Assembly (NCBI GenBank): GCA_902406375.1
Contig: CABPDL010000003.1
Coordinates: forward strand, 12,125-76,124
Length of the DNA: 64,000 nt
Source: an uncultured Collinsella sp.
Lineage (GTDB): Bacteria > Actinomycetota > Coriobacteriia > Coriobacteriales > Coriobacteriaceae
Direction: 5' to 3'
Part shown: positions 34,909 to 45,274 of the stretch, piece by piece
Position numbering within the stretch: position 1 is the first letter of the stretch
Layout of the letters: each line of letters opens with the position of its first letter
Program-made: the position numbers and the translations under genes
The notes under the pieces: generated by a model
What the model saw: the letters and a program-made list of their open reading frames with translations, nothing else
What the model was told of the DNA's origin: nothing
Databases searched by the model: none

Positions 34909-35634
34909 ATGGACGCCGCGACCCGCGACCGCAACATAGCAACTTGGTTGGGCGATGCGCCGCAGCCGGTACGTGACACTACGAACCAGCTGCTCGAGCG
35001 CATCGCCCTTTTGCGTGCCGAGCAAACCATCTACCCGGCACAAGACGACATCCTCAATGCCCTCGCCTACACGCCGGCCGACCAGGTCAAGGTTGTCATC
35101 TTGGGTCAAGACCCCTATCACGGACCCAACCAGGCCATGGGACTGTCGTTCTCGGTCCCAGCGACGCAAACCAAGTTGCCGCCGAGCCTGCGCAACATCT
35201 ATAAGGAGCTCAAAGCCGATCTGGGCTGCCCCATTCCCGCCACGGGAGACCTAACCCCATGGGCACTGCAGGGCGTCCTGCTCCTCAACACTACACTCAC
35301 CGTGCGCGAGCATGCCGCGAACTCGCACGCCAAGCTGGGCTGGAGCGCGCTCACCGACTACGTTATCGAACGCTGCTGCCAGCTGCCCCAGCCGGTCGTC
35401 TTTTTGGCATGGGGCCGCTTTGCCCAGCAGATGGTCGAAGGCAAGCTCGCCGCGACCGGCGCGGGCAAGGCAACCGGCAAGTTCTGCCTGGCCTCCACGC
35501 ACCCCTCGCCGCTTTCGGCCAACCGTGCCACGGCAGAACTCCCCGCTTTTATGGGATCGCGCCCCTTCTCGGCAGCCAATCGGCTACTCGAGCAGCACGG
35601 CTCGACCCCCGTCAACTGGACTTGCCTCGGCTAA
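34909..35634 (+). CDS. ung: Uracil-DNA glycosylase (family 1)
   Basis: Catalytic water-activating loop GQDPYH, PPSL motif and Leu-intercalation loop HPSPLSA. Confidence 0.9.
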   Translation: MDAATRDRNIATWLGDAPQPVRDTTNQLLERIALLRAEQTIYPAQDDILNALAYTPADQVKVVILGQDPYHGPNQAMGLSFSVPATQTKLPPSLRNIYKELKADLGCPIPATGDLTPWALQGVLLLNTTLTVREHAANSHAKLGWSALTDYVIERCCQLPQPVVFLAWGRFAQQMVEGKLAATGAGKATGKFCLASTHPSPLSANRATAELPAFMGSRPFSAANRLLEQHGSTPVNWTCLG

Positions 35635-35684
35635 AAATCGATACATCAAAAACGCGCCCGACGGCTTTCCATCGGGCGCGTTTC

Positions 35685-36365
35685 CTATTCGGGCCAAATA
35701 AATTGTGTGCGGCCGGCCTCGCCGCCATCGATCAGCAGGCTCTGCCCGGTCATAAACCGGTTGGTCACGCCCACAAAGTAGATCCACTCGGCGATCTCTT
35801 GGGCGGTGGCCCAGCGTTTAAGCGGCGTGAGCTCCATAATCTGGTTCCACAGGTGTTCGTCTTCCATCACGCAACGGTTGAGCGGCGTGATAACGCCGCC
35901 CGGGTCCACACTGTTGGCGATGGCCTGCGGTGCCAGGCGGTTTGCAAGGTTCTTGGTGTAGGCGATAACGCCGCCCTTGCTGGCGGCATAGGCGGGGAAC
36001 TCCGATCCCGTATGCCCGCTCGCCGACCCCACATTGACCACGGATTTGATAGCCGGCACCGGCCTGGCGGCAAGCCCCTCTCCCACAAAGGCGTAGCGCT
36101 CGGTCACGTTGATGGTGCCACGCAGGTTGGCGGCGATGTCGTCAGCCGAATCCTGCGTACCGGCAACGTTCACGATTACCTGAGGCTCAAAGTCGCCTGG
36201 AAACGAGTCCGGCTTGCGGACATCAACAATCAGATGGCGGTAGCGCTCGTGTTCGATCGCCGCCGGCAGCAGATCAAAGCCCACGACCTCGTGGCCCTCG
36301 TCCAAAAAGCGCTGCACGCACGCGGCTCCGATACCGCCCGAAGCGCCCGTGATCAAAACCCGCAT
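35685..36365 (-). CDS. Short-chain dehydrogenase/reductase (SDR) family oxidoreductase
   Basis: TGASGGIG cofactor motif and catalytic YAASK. Its RBS TAAGGAG overlaps the stop of the upstream gene. Confidence 0.8.
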   Translation of the reverse strand: MRVLITGASGGIGAACVQRFLDEGHEVVGFDLLPAAIEHERYRHLIVDVRKPDSFPGDFEPQVIVNVAGTQDSADDIAANLRGTINVTERYAFVGEGLAARPVPAIKSVVNVGSASGHTGSEFPAYAASKGGVIAYTKNLANRLAPQAIANSVDPGGVITPLNRCVMEDEHLWNQIMELTPLKRWATAQEIAEWIYFVGVTNRFMTGQSLLIDGGEAGRTQFIWPE

Positions 36366-36374
36366 ATTTGCTCC

Positions 36375-37097
36375 TTAGGCGGTTGCGTGGCGCTCGAGGT
36401 ACTCGGAACCCACATTCTCGCGCTCCCAGCCGCGCACGACCTTGTAGCCCACGGGGCTCAGGAAGACCTCGCACAGCAGCTCGGCGACAGCGCCGGTCAG
36501 CGAGCACATAAGGACCTGTACCCACGTCCAGCCAAAGAACGTGTGGCTCACCACAATGGCAAAGACCAGGTTGTCGATAAACTGGCCAACACCCGTAGAG
36601 ACATAGGAGCGGAAGGCGAAGCTCGCAAAATTATTCTTTTTGAGCATACGGCCGAGCGATTGGTTGAGCGTGGAGTTAACCACGGCAGAAACGAGCATGG
36701 CAAGCGAAGAGCCCAGCACCACGTACCAGGTGCCGCCGATGGTGGCGTTAAGGGCGGTGTTGACCTCGATCATGCCGGTGTCGTAGTAGGCGCCCCACAT
36801 ACCGGGCGTGAGCGAGCATGCCCAAAAGCACAGACTCACGGCCAGGTTGACCAGCAGCGCGAGGATAGAGATTTTGATGGATGCCTTGGCGCCAAAGCGT
36901 TTGCAGATCATGTCCTGGCACAAAAACGAAACCCAGCTCACCACAAAGCCGCAATCGAGTGCCAGATACGGCAGGCTGATGAGCTCTTTGTTGGCCAGCA
37001 GGTTCATCATGATGACGCTCACGAAAAACAGCGAAACCGTTGCCGCGGGAATGCTCCGCAACAGGACCTTGTAGTCCTCCATGACCTTCTTGATCAT
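36375..37097 (-). CDS. Queuosine-precursor transporter (VUT family, YhhQ/DUF165)
   Basis: ...LANKELISLPYLALDCGFVVSWVSFLCQDMI...FRSYVSTGVGQFIDNLVF... is characteristic of YhhQ-type proteins. Confidence 0.8.
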   Translation of the reverse strand: MIKKVMEDYKVLLRSIPAATVSLFFVSVIMMNLLANKELISLPYLALDCGFVVSWVSFLCQDMICKRFGAKASIKISILALLVNLAVSLCFWACSLTPGMWGAYYDTGMIEVNTALNATIGGTWYVVLGSSLAMLVSAVVNSTLNQSLGRMLKKNNFASFAFRSYVSTGVGQFIDNLVFAIVVSHTFFGWTWVQVLMCSLTGAVAELLCEVFLSPVGYKVVRGWERENVGSEYLERHATA

Positions 37098-37099
37098 TA

Positions 37100-37155
37100 T
37101 GTACTCCTTTGGTTTTAGGTTTAACGAGCAGGATATCGGACCCGAACTGCTCGGA
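37100..37155 (-). promoter_or_regulatory. Candidate preQ1-I riboswitch in the yhhQ-like leader
   Basis: Minus-strand RNA GAGCAG-UUCGGGUCCGAUAUC-CUGCUC-GUUAAACCUAAAACCAAAGGAG. This is a P1 hairpin followed by an A-rich tail that runs into the SD sequence, resembling the T. tengcongensis aptamer CUGGG-UCGCAGUAAC-CCCAG-UUAACAAAACAAGG (recalled from memory). The loop is longer than usual. Confidence 0.4.
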
Positions 37156-37253
37156 CGCCCCGGTCTTGAGACGACGGTGGGTATGATAGCCGCTCACACG
37201 GCATCAGGCAAGTAAATGGCGCGGCAGCCCCGCAGGGTCACCGCGCCGATGCG

Positions 37254-38867
<1,614 letters not shown>

Positions 38868-39010
38868 GCGGATCCTTTCTTGCATTGAGTGCATTACGTC
38901 GTTGTAACCGCACTATTGTAGCCGCGAAATCCCGCTCTAGGGCGCCTATCAGGACAAATTCATCAGTCAGAACGTGAACGGCTAGTTATCGAAAGTATTC
39001 TGCAGCAGAC

Positions 39011-39310
39011 TGTCTCAATCTGTAACAGCAGGCGACTCAAAACGGACCCAGATGTTACAGATTGAGACAAACGAACTTGTCCGCCGGCACAATCTCAATC
39101 TGTAACACCTGACCGCCCAAATTGGGTCTAGCTGTTACAAATCGAGATAAACGGAAAGGCAGGCAGCCAATGTCTCGTTCTGTAACATCTAGCCGCGCAA
39201 ATCGACTCTTACTGTTACAGATTGAGACAAATAGGCAGGCGGGAAAATAACATCTCAATCTGTAACAGCTGGCGACCAAAAACGGACCCAGATGTTACAG
39301 ATTGAGATTG
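39011..39310. repeat. Array of eight 14-16-nt motifs (GTTACAGATTGAGACA and its complement) in strictly alternating orientation
   Basis: Complement-orientation copies at 39011-26, 39093-106, 39171-86 and 39253-66. Forward copies at 39054-69, 39134-49, 39214-29 and 39294-307. Spacers alternate 27 nt and 21-23 nt. Forward copies are exactly 80 bp apart. Confidence 0.85.
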
Positions 39311-39372
39311 TTTTGGAGCAAGCGCGGCGTCGATGGGCTATTCCACATTTAGCTCTTGCATAACTGTGCATA

Positions 39373-39406
39373 GTGTATATATACTGTGCTTACCGGTTAT
39401 ATACAC
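39373..39406. promoter_or_regulatory. Candidate GntR (YtrA-type) operator / promoter: inverted repeat GTGTATATA-N16-TATATACAC
   Basis: Located 27-60 nt upstream of GTG 39433. It embeds the perfect palindromes GTATATATAC (39375-84) and TACACGTGTA (39402-11). AT-rich, -10-like. Confidence 0.35.
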
Positions 39407-39432
39407 GTGTAGCCAACAGCTAAGGAGCCGCT

Positions 39433-39813
39433 GTGGACATCATCCTATCCAACTCGAGCGATAAGCCCATATACGAACAGATATCCTCGCAGGTCAAAGC
39501 TCAAATCCTTTCGGGCACGCTCACTGCGGGAGCCAAACTCCCCAGCATCCGTGCACTCGCGAGCGACCTGGGTGTGAGCGTCATCACCACCAAGCGCGCC
39601 TACGCCGACCTAGAGCAACTCGGGTTTATCTGCACCGTGCAGGGCAAGGGCTGCTTTGTCGCCGAGGGCAACCAGGAACTCTTGCGCGAAAACCAGCTCT
39701 GCCATATCGAAGAGCTACTTGCGAAAGCGGCGAGCCAAGCCGAAACCCTGGGCGTCACGCGCGACAAACTGCACGAGATGCTCGACCTGGTAGCCCCCGA
39801 AACCATGCAGTAG
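39433..39813 (+). CDS. GntR-family transcriptional regulator (short YtrA-like subfamily)
   Basis: GTG 39433 after TAAGGAG. PIYEQISSQVKAQILSGTLTAGAKLPSIRALASDLGVSVITTKRAYADLEQLGFI is the GntR wHTH. 126 aa. Confidence 0.85.
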   Translation: MDIILSNSSDKPIYEQISSQVKAQILSGTLTAGAKLPSIRALASDLGVSVITTKRAYADLEQLGFICTVQGKGCFVAEGNQELLRENQLCHIEELLAKAASQAETLGVTRDKLHEMLDLVAPETMQ

Positions 39814-39836
39814 CCATCTGCAAGAAAGGCTATACC

Positions 39837-40718
39837 ATGCAAAACCTTTTAGAACTCAAAGGCATCTCACGCCGTGTGAGCGACCGCTTTTCACTACGCG
39901 ACGTCACGCTCGCTGTGGAGCCCGGCCAGATCGTTGGCTTTGTAGGCGCAAACGGCGCCGGCAAGACAACGACCATTCGCGCCGCGCTCGGGCTTATAAA
40001 GCTCGATGCCGGCGAGGTGCACCTGTTTGGGCAGCGCTGTGGCGCCGACGCGCCCGATGAATCGCAACGCCATCTACGCTCCCGCGTCGGTCTTGTCCTG
40101 GACACGTGCCCCTTCCCCTCCACGCTCAGGGTGGGCCAGATCGAGTCGCTCGTAGGCCCGGCGTACCCCACATGGGACCGCGAAACGTTCGCCGGATTCA
40201 TCAACCGATTTGGCCTCGATCCCAAGACAAAGGTCAAGGACCTCTCCCGCGGCATGGGCATGAAACTGCAGCTTGCCTGTGCACTCAGCCACAATGCCAA
40301 GCTGCTCGTTTTGGACGAAGCCACCGCGGGCCTCGATCCCATGGCACGCGAGGAACTGCTTGATGAGCTGCTTGCCTTTGTCGCCGACGGCCAGCACAGC
40401 GTGTTACTCTCGAGCCACATTACGTCCGACCTCGATCGCACCGCTGATCGCGTCATCTGCATCGAAAATGGCTCGATTATTTTTGACCTGCCGCGCGAGG
40501 ACATTACCGACCGCGCCGGCATCGCCCACTGCACCCAAGCACAGGCCGCCGAGCTTATGGCTTGCGTCGAAGGCGCCCGTGCCGCCCACCACGCCTATAG
40601 CGTGGACGTGCTCGTGCCCAACCGTCACGAAGCGCTCGAGGCCTTTCCCGAGATTCCCTGCGATCGGGCAACCATTGATGACTATCTTCGCCTCACGCTG
40701 AAAGGGGCTTCGAAATGA
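39837..40718 (+). CDS. ABC transporter ATP-binding protein
   Basis: Walker A GANGAGKTT, signature LSRGMGMK, Walker B LLVLDEATAGLD. Confidence 0.85.
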   Translation: MQNLLELKGISRRVSDRFSLRDVTLAVEPGQIVGFVGANGAGKTTTIRAALGLIKLDAGEVHLFGQRCGADAPDESQRHLRSRVGLVLDTCPFPSTLRVGQIESLVGPAYPTWDRETFAGFINRFGLDPKTKVKDLSRGMGMKLQLACALSHNAKLLVLDEATAGLDPMAREELLDELLAFVADGQHSVLLSSHITSDLDRTADRVICIENGSIIFDLPREDITDRAGIAHCTQAQAAELMACVEGARAAHHAYSVDVLVPNRHEALEAFPEIPCDRATIDDYLRLTLKGASK

Positions 40719-41413
40719 AACGCGCCCTTATGTCCGAGCTCGCCATCGTTCGCTCGCTTGCCCCAAGCATTGCGGGTGTCGGCTTGTTCATATTCGTCGT
40801 GCTGACCCTTGCCAACGCATCGGACGGCGATTCCGGCATGAGCGCTGGCGCCTGCGCGGTCAGTGCCATGTCACCCATCATGGTCATGAGCTCGCTGGCC
40901 GGCTTCGACAATCAAAACGGTTGGGAGCGCTACCGGGCAACGCTGCCCTTCTCGCGCAAAGACATCATCCGCGCACGCTACCTGAGCGTTATTGTCTTCT
41001 CCGCCGTCATGGCGTGCGCCGCCGCGCTTCTGAGCATCGTCTCCTTCCCGCTCTTCAACAGCGCGGGTATCCCGTTGACGGGACAGATCGTCTTTGAGAT
41101 TGCAATAGCCTCAGCAGCATCAATGCTCATCTCCCTCATGATGGTGTTTTTGGCGCAGCCGCTGTTCTTTCGATTTGGTCACATGGAGGCGCTGCGCCTA
41201 TCCGTTGGCCTGTTTGCCCTGCTTGGTTGCGGCACCATGGCCACGCTGAGCTCCTCCAACCCCATCAGCAACTGGCTCATGTCGATTGCCGGAGCGAATC
41301 CCGATCCTGCCGTTCTGAGCTGTCTGTGTGCAGGCATCGCCGCACTTGCCCTCGCGCTATGTGCAATCAGCTGCGCCGTCAGCACCAAGGTCTATCGGGC
41401 ACGCGACCTGTAA
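40715..41413 (+). CDS. ABC-2-type transporter permease (YtrA-operon-type membrane subunit)
   Basis: ATGA overlap with the ATPase gene. 6 predicted TM helices. ...NGWERYRATLPFSRKDII.ARY... is typical of ABC2_membrane_5-like proteins. Confidence 0.6.
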   Translation: MKRALMSELAIVRSLAPSIAGVGLFIFVVLTLANASDGDSGMSAGACAVSAMSPIMVMSSLAGFDNQNGWERYRATLPFSRKDIIRARYLSVIVFSAVMACAAALLSIVSFPLFNSAGIPLTGQIVFEIAIASAASMLISLMMVFLAQPLFFRFGHMEALRLSVGLFALLGCGTMATLSSSNPISNWLMSIAGANPDPAVLSCLCAGIAALALALCAISCAVSTKVYRARDL

Positions 41414-41686
41414 TCGACAGCCAAAGGGCTTGGGCTGCACGCCACCTCATTTACTAGATAAGACGAAGCAGCGACAACGTCGCTACCGCCCTTCACGGCA
41501 TGCCGTTTAAATCTTGGCAACCAAAGAGAAGCCGACAGCATATCGACAATTCGAGCCTCAACCAAATAGTTCCCCGGAACATGGCCCCGTCTCGCCGCGG
41601 CCATATCAAACCTTCATGGTGGGGCGGTATCCTCATGTCCATAAAACTCGCAGGATAAACCCATTATCCAAGGAGGCACCGCACCC

Positions 41687-42562
41687 GTGTCGTGGGTTGT
41701 CGCAGCATTTGCGTCAGCATTCTTTGCCGGCATCACATCCATCTTGGCCAAATGCGGCATCAAGCAGACCGACTCCGATGTCGCGACGGCCATTCGCACC
41801 TGCGTAGTGCTCGTTTTCGCCTGGGCAATGGCGGGCATTTCTGGATCCATTGGAACCATTGGCAGCATCGAACCCAGATCCTGGCTCTTTCTCGTCCTCT
41901 CGGGACTCGCTACCGGTGCTTCGTGGATCTGTTACTTTAAGGCGTTGAGCATCGGAAATGTCAATAAGGTCGTACCGGTCGACAAGATGAGCACCGTGCT
42001 CGCCGCGCTGGTCGCCATCGCGCTTTTTGACGAGACGAGCAACCTTGCGGTTAAGCTCGTGGGAACCGCTGTCATCACCCTCGGCACGTTTTTAATGATC
42101 GAGAAGAAGCAGTCCGCCGAACCCGAGCAGCAGCAAGACCGAACCTGGCTCGCTTACGCCCTCGGCGCCGCCGTGTTCGCGGCACTCACCTCCGTCCTCG
42201 CCAAGATCGGCATCGAAGGCGTCGAGTCAAACCTGGCCACGGCAATCCGCACCTGCGTGGTACTGGTTATGGCATGGGCAATCGTGGCAGCCAAGGGAAA
42301 ACTGGAGCAGGTCGCGCACGTTGACCGGCGCGAACTCACATTTCTCGCAACATCGGGCATCGCGACTGGAGCATCGTGGCTGCTCTATTACTATGCCATC
42401 GCTGCAGGCCAGGTGAGTGTCGTGGTGCAGATCGACAAACTATCGATTGTCGTATCGGTGCTATTTGCGCGCCTGGCATTCAACGAAAAACTCTCCCGCC
42501 GCAGCGCCATCGGTCTCGTCCTCATCGTACTGGGCACCGCCGCGCTTGCAATTTGGAAGTAG
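41687..42562 (+). CDS. EamA-family (DMT) transporter
   Basis: GTG 41687 after AGGAGG. Two internal repeats, each containing ...ILAKxGIxxxxSxxATAIRTCVVLVxAWA... Confidence 0.75.
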   Translation: MSWVVAAFASAFFAGITSILAKCGIKQTDSDVATAIRTCVVLVFAWAMAGISGSIGTIGSIEPRSWLFLVLSGLATGASWICYFKALSIGNVNKVVPVDKMSTVLAALVAIALFDETSNLAVKLVGTAVITLGTFLMIEKKQSAEPEQQQDRTWLAYALGAAVFAALTSVLAKIGIEGVESNLATAIRTCVVLVMAWAIVAAKGKLEQVAHVDRRELTFLATSGIATGASWLLYYYAIAAGQVSVVVQIDKLSIVVSVLFARLAFNEKLSRRSAIGLVLIVLGTAALAIWK

Positions 42563-42656
42563 CGCCGATACCGAACGAAATCCAGTCCACCCGCAAATCC
42601 GTGACACAGCGCCCGCACCGGACTTGAGATGTTTGTACTGACCGCGCGCTGCCGCG

Positions 42657-43961
42657 CTACTTGCGCAGCGGCTTGGGCAGTGGAATGCCAGCGGCAATGG
42701 CTGCGGCGATGATCATGCAGACGATACCCTTGAGTGGGAAACACATAAGCAGCAGGCCCACAACCATGACAGGCTGGCGCATGACGGCGCCCATCGTCGA
42801 TGCCGTGCAGACGGCGACGCAAAAGACCGGATCTGCGCCGGTGAGGATGGCAAGGCCATAGCCCAGGCTTACGCCCGAGAAGATAACGGGGAAGAAGTGG
42901 CCGCCGCGCCAACCAAGGTTGATGAGGGCGGGCGTCAGCATGGCCTTAACAAGACCGGTCGCGATAAGCACGCCGGCGGGAATGGTGAGGTAGGTCTCCA
43001 TAAGTACATCGGCCTGGGTCTCGCCGGCAAACATGGTGTAGGGCAAGACCGTGCCGCAGATGGCGAGCGCCAGACCGGCCAGCATGGCCTTGACGACAGG
43101 ACGCTCCCCTATTGCATGGGACAGCGCCTCGCTCGCGTGCTCCGAGACAAAGTACAGCCAGCCGCAAACGGTGCCAACCAACGCCAGCGGGATGAGCCAG
43201 GCAAGCTCCAGGTTGCCCACCTCGGCGGCCTCGAACCTGGGCATGCCCATGCCGCCGCCCATAACCTGGCCGAGCAGCAGATAGGTGCCCAGGCCGCCGG
43301 CAATCGCAATACCGTAGACCACAGTCTTCTGTGCCTTGGGCAGTTTGATGGTGATCTCGCCGGACGCGGACCCATCGCCGGCGTCTTCGCCCTGGCCGTC
43401 GGCGCTACCGGCGAGCGGCGCCACAAAGCCAAAGACGGGCGCGGTAAAGAGCGCCGTCAGCGCGGCCTGGGTGCCCAACAGCGTGAGCTCCCTGAACTCG
43501 GCGCCAAAGCGGCGCATGCGGTCGCCGACCCAGCTGCACAGACCCGCGATAACGCCGGTCAGGCCGGCCTCCGGTCCAATACTTCCGCCAAACAGCAGCG
43601 GCAGCAATGCCGCGAGCGAAAGCTTGCCCAGGTTGTCGTACGGGTAGCGCCCGTCTTGCTTAACCTTAGCCATCACCTGGTTGAGGTCGTCGGTCTTGGT
43701 GCCCGTAAGCTTTTCGTACAGGCCGATCAGCAGGCCGCCCAGCAGGCAGACGAAAAACGGATACGGCAGAAAACCGAACGGGCCGCTGGCGAGTTCGGGC
43801 GACGCCGCGCCCAGCATGTGGGGGATCTCGGTCCACAGATAGTCGATACCGTGCTCCATCGCAAAAAAGAACAGCCAGACCGCGGCACCTGCGAACGCAC
43901 CGGTCACGGCAACGCTAACTAAAAACAGCACGCGGTTTGTGGGTTTGGCAAGGTTGTCCAT
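42657..43961 (-). CDS. ClC-family chloride channel / H+-Cl- antiporter
   Basis: Selectivity-filter-like GGSIGPEAG, and later GETQ... and GGHFFP motifs. About 10-12 TM helices. ATG after GGGAGG. Confidence 0.8.
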   Translation of the reverse strand: MDNLAKPTNRVLFLVSVAVTGAFAGAAVWLFFFAMEHGIDYLWTEIPHMLGAASPELASGPFGFLPYPFFVCLLGGLLIGLYEKLTGTKTDDLNQVMAKVKQDGRYPYDNLGKLSLAALLPLLFGGSIGPEAGLTGVIAGLCSWVGDRMRRFGAEFRELTLLGTQAALTALFTAPVFGFVAPLAGSADGQGEDAGDGSASGEITIKLPKAQKTVVYGIAIAGGLGTYLLLGQVMGGGMGMPRFEAAEVGNLELAWLIPLALVGTVCGWLYFVSEHASEALSHAIGERPVVKAMLAGLALAICGTVLPYTMFAGETQADVLMETYLTIPAGVLIATGLVKAMLTPALINLGWRGGHFFPVIFSGVSLGYGLAILTGADPVFCVAVCTASTMGAVMRQPVMVVGLLLMCFPLKGIVCMIIAAAIAAGIPLPKPLRK

Positions 43962-44086
43962 CGGGTCCTCCCGCGGTCAAAGTCGACATAGTTATGTTTT
44001 ATTGTAGAGCGAGCGTTGCCCAGACAAGCCAACCATCTGCGCCACAAACGGCACCATTGGGAGTCATAGTGGGGCAGGCTCAAGAC

Positions 44087-44620
44087 TTATCCGTTGATAA
44101 TCGAGACAATCTCGCGCAAATCGTCGGCAAAGTAGATGCCTTGCTGGCGCCTCGGGCTCGAAAGCCCCTTATCAATCATGTGCCCGAGCAGCGCCTTGAG
44201 GTCGTTGTAGTAACCGTCAAGGTTATACAGGATGCACGGAGCACTCAGGTGCCCCAACGACACCGCGGACATGACCTCGGCAATCTCCTCGAGCGTGCCC
44301 GTCCCACCGGGAAAGGCGATGAACGCATCGCCGAGCTCAATCATCTTGGCTTTGCGCTCGGCCATATCGCTCGTCACGATGAGGTCATCGATGCCGTCGT
44401 GCTGAAACTCGGCCTCTATAAAAAAGCTCGGCTCAACGCCCGTCACGTGTCCACCTGCCTCGAGTACGCTATCGGCGAGCGCGCCCATCAGGCCCGATTT
44501 GGACCCGCCGTATACCAGCGCGTGCCCGTTGGAGCCAATCCAGTTGCCCAGCTCTTGCACCGCAGGCAGAAACGCCGGGTCATTGCCGACGCTGGCGCCC
44601 AGGTATACCGTGATATTCAT
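44087..44620 (-). CDS. LOG-family (TIGR00730) nucleotide phosphoribohydrolase
   Basis: ...VYGGSKSGLMG... and PGGTGTLEE signature motifs. Confidence 0.85.
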   Translation of the reverse strand: MNITVYLGASVGNDPAFLPAVQELGNWIGSNGHALVYGGSKSGLMGALADSVLEAGGHVTGVEPSFFIEAEFQHDGIDDLIVTSDMAERKAKMIELGDAFIAFPGGTGTLEEIAEVMSAVSLGHLSAPCILYNLDGYYNDLKALLGHMIDKGLSSPRRQQGIYFADDLREIVSIING

Positions 44621-44656
44621 ATTCAGTCCCCCTCGTCGTGACGCGCGGCGCCCGTT

Positions 44657-45082
44657 CTAGCGTTGGCGTCGGCGATATTCGCGCACACGGCGCGACAGGT
44701 CGGCGAGCTCGTCACGATCGAGCTCTTCCAAATGCTCCAGATCGTCCATAAAGCGCGCCATGGTGTCCTTTTGGCGCAGCTTGATGAGCATATTGCAGTA
44801 GTTCACCGCCACACCCGTGAGCATGGCGATGTAGAAGATGCTGATAACGCTCAGGACGACGGTAATAGCGCGAGCGACCGGCGTTTCGGCCGGGATATCG
44901 CCAAAGCCGATGGTCGAGACCGTCTCAAAGCTAAACCAGAGACCATCGCCAAACGTGAGGGTCGTGGGCTCGGACAGCCAGACAGCCGTCGAGCACAGCA
45001 GATAGAAGATAAGAAACAGGCCCGTGATGCGCGCAAAGCCAGCCTGGCGCAACACGTCGGCAAGCGTCCTCAACTTGTTCAT
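44657..45082 (-). CDS. Two-TM potassium-channel family protein
   Basis: Selectivity filter TIGFGD between two hydrophobic helices. Start taken at ATG 45082 (RBS AAAGGGG). The longer ORF-track start is 45142. Confidence 0.7.
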   Translation of the reverse strand: MNKLRTLADVLRQAGFARITGLFLIFYLLCSTAVWLSEPTTLTFGDGLWFSFETVSTIGFGDIPAETPVARAITVVLSVISIFYIAMLTGVAVNYCNMLIKLRQKDTMARFMDDLEHLEELDRDELADLSRRVREYRRRQR

Positions 45083-45274
45083 CGCGACCCCTTTTCTCAG
45101 ATGCCCAATCACATTCGCTCGGTATTGTCCCACATCCGGCACTTGAGGACGTTCCTTTTGTGCCGGCAGAAAGGGACTGTCCCCAAGTGCTGGGAGGAAC
45201 CGTTTAGCGGCGCAACTGCCGGCTAGGTAGGCTGAGCTGGTATCCTTGTGCGGTAACGTCTCGATTCGTTAGGA

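Noticed and set aside
39055-39279. 74-aa ORF on the minus strand inside the repeat array.
   Set aside because: It is generated by the repeats themselves (the translation repeats CYRLR/CNSK-like strings). It has no RBS and low-complexity composition.
39011-39310. CRISPR array interpretation of the repeat cluster.
   Set aside because: The repeats alternate in orientation instead of being direct. They are only 14-16 nt, the 'spacers' are related to each other, and there are no cas genes or leader in the window.
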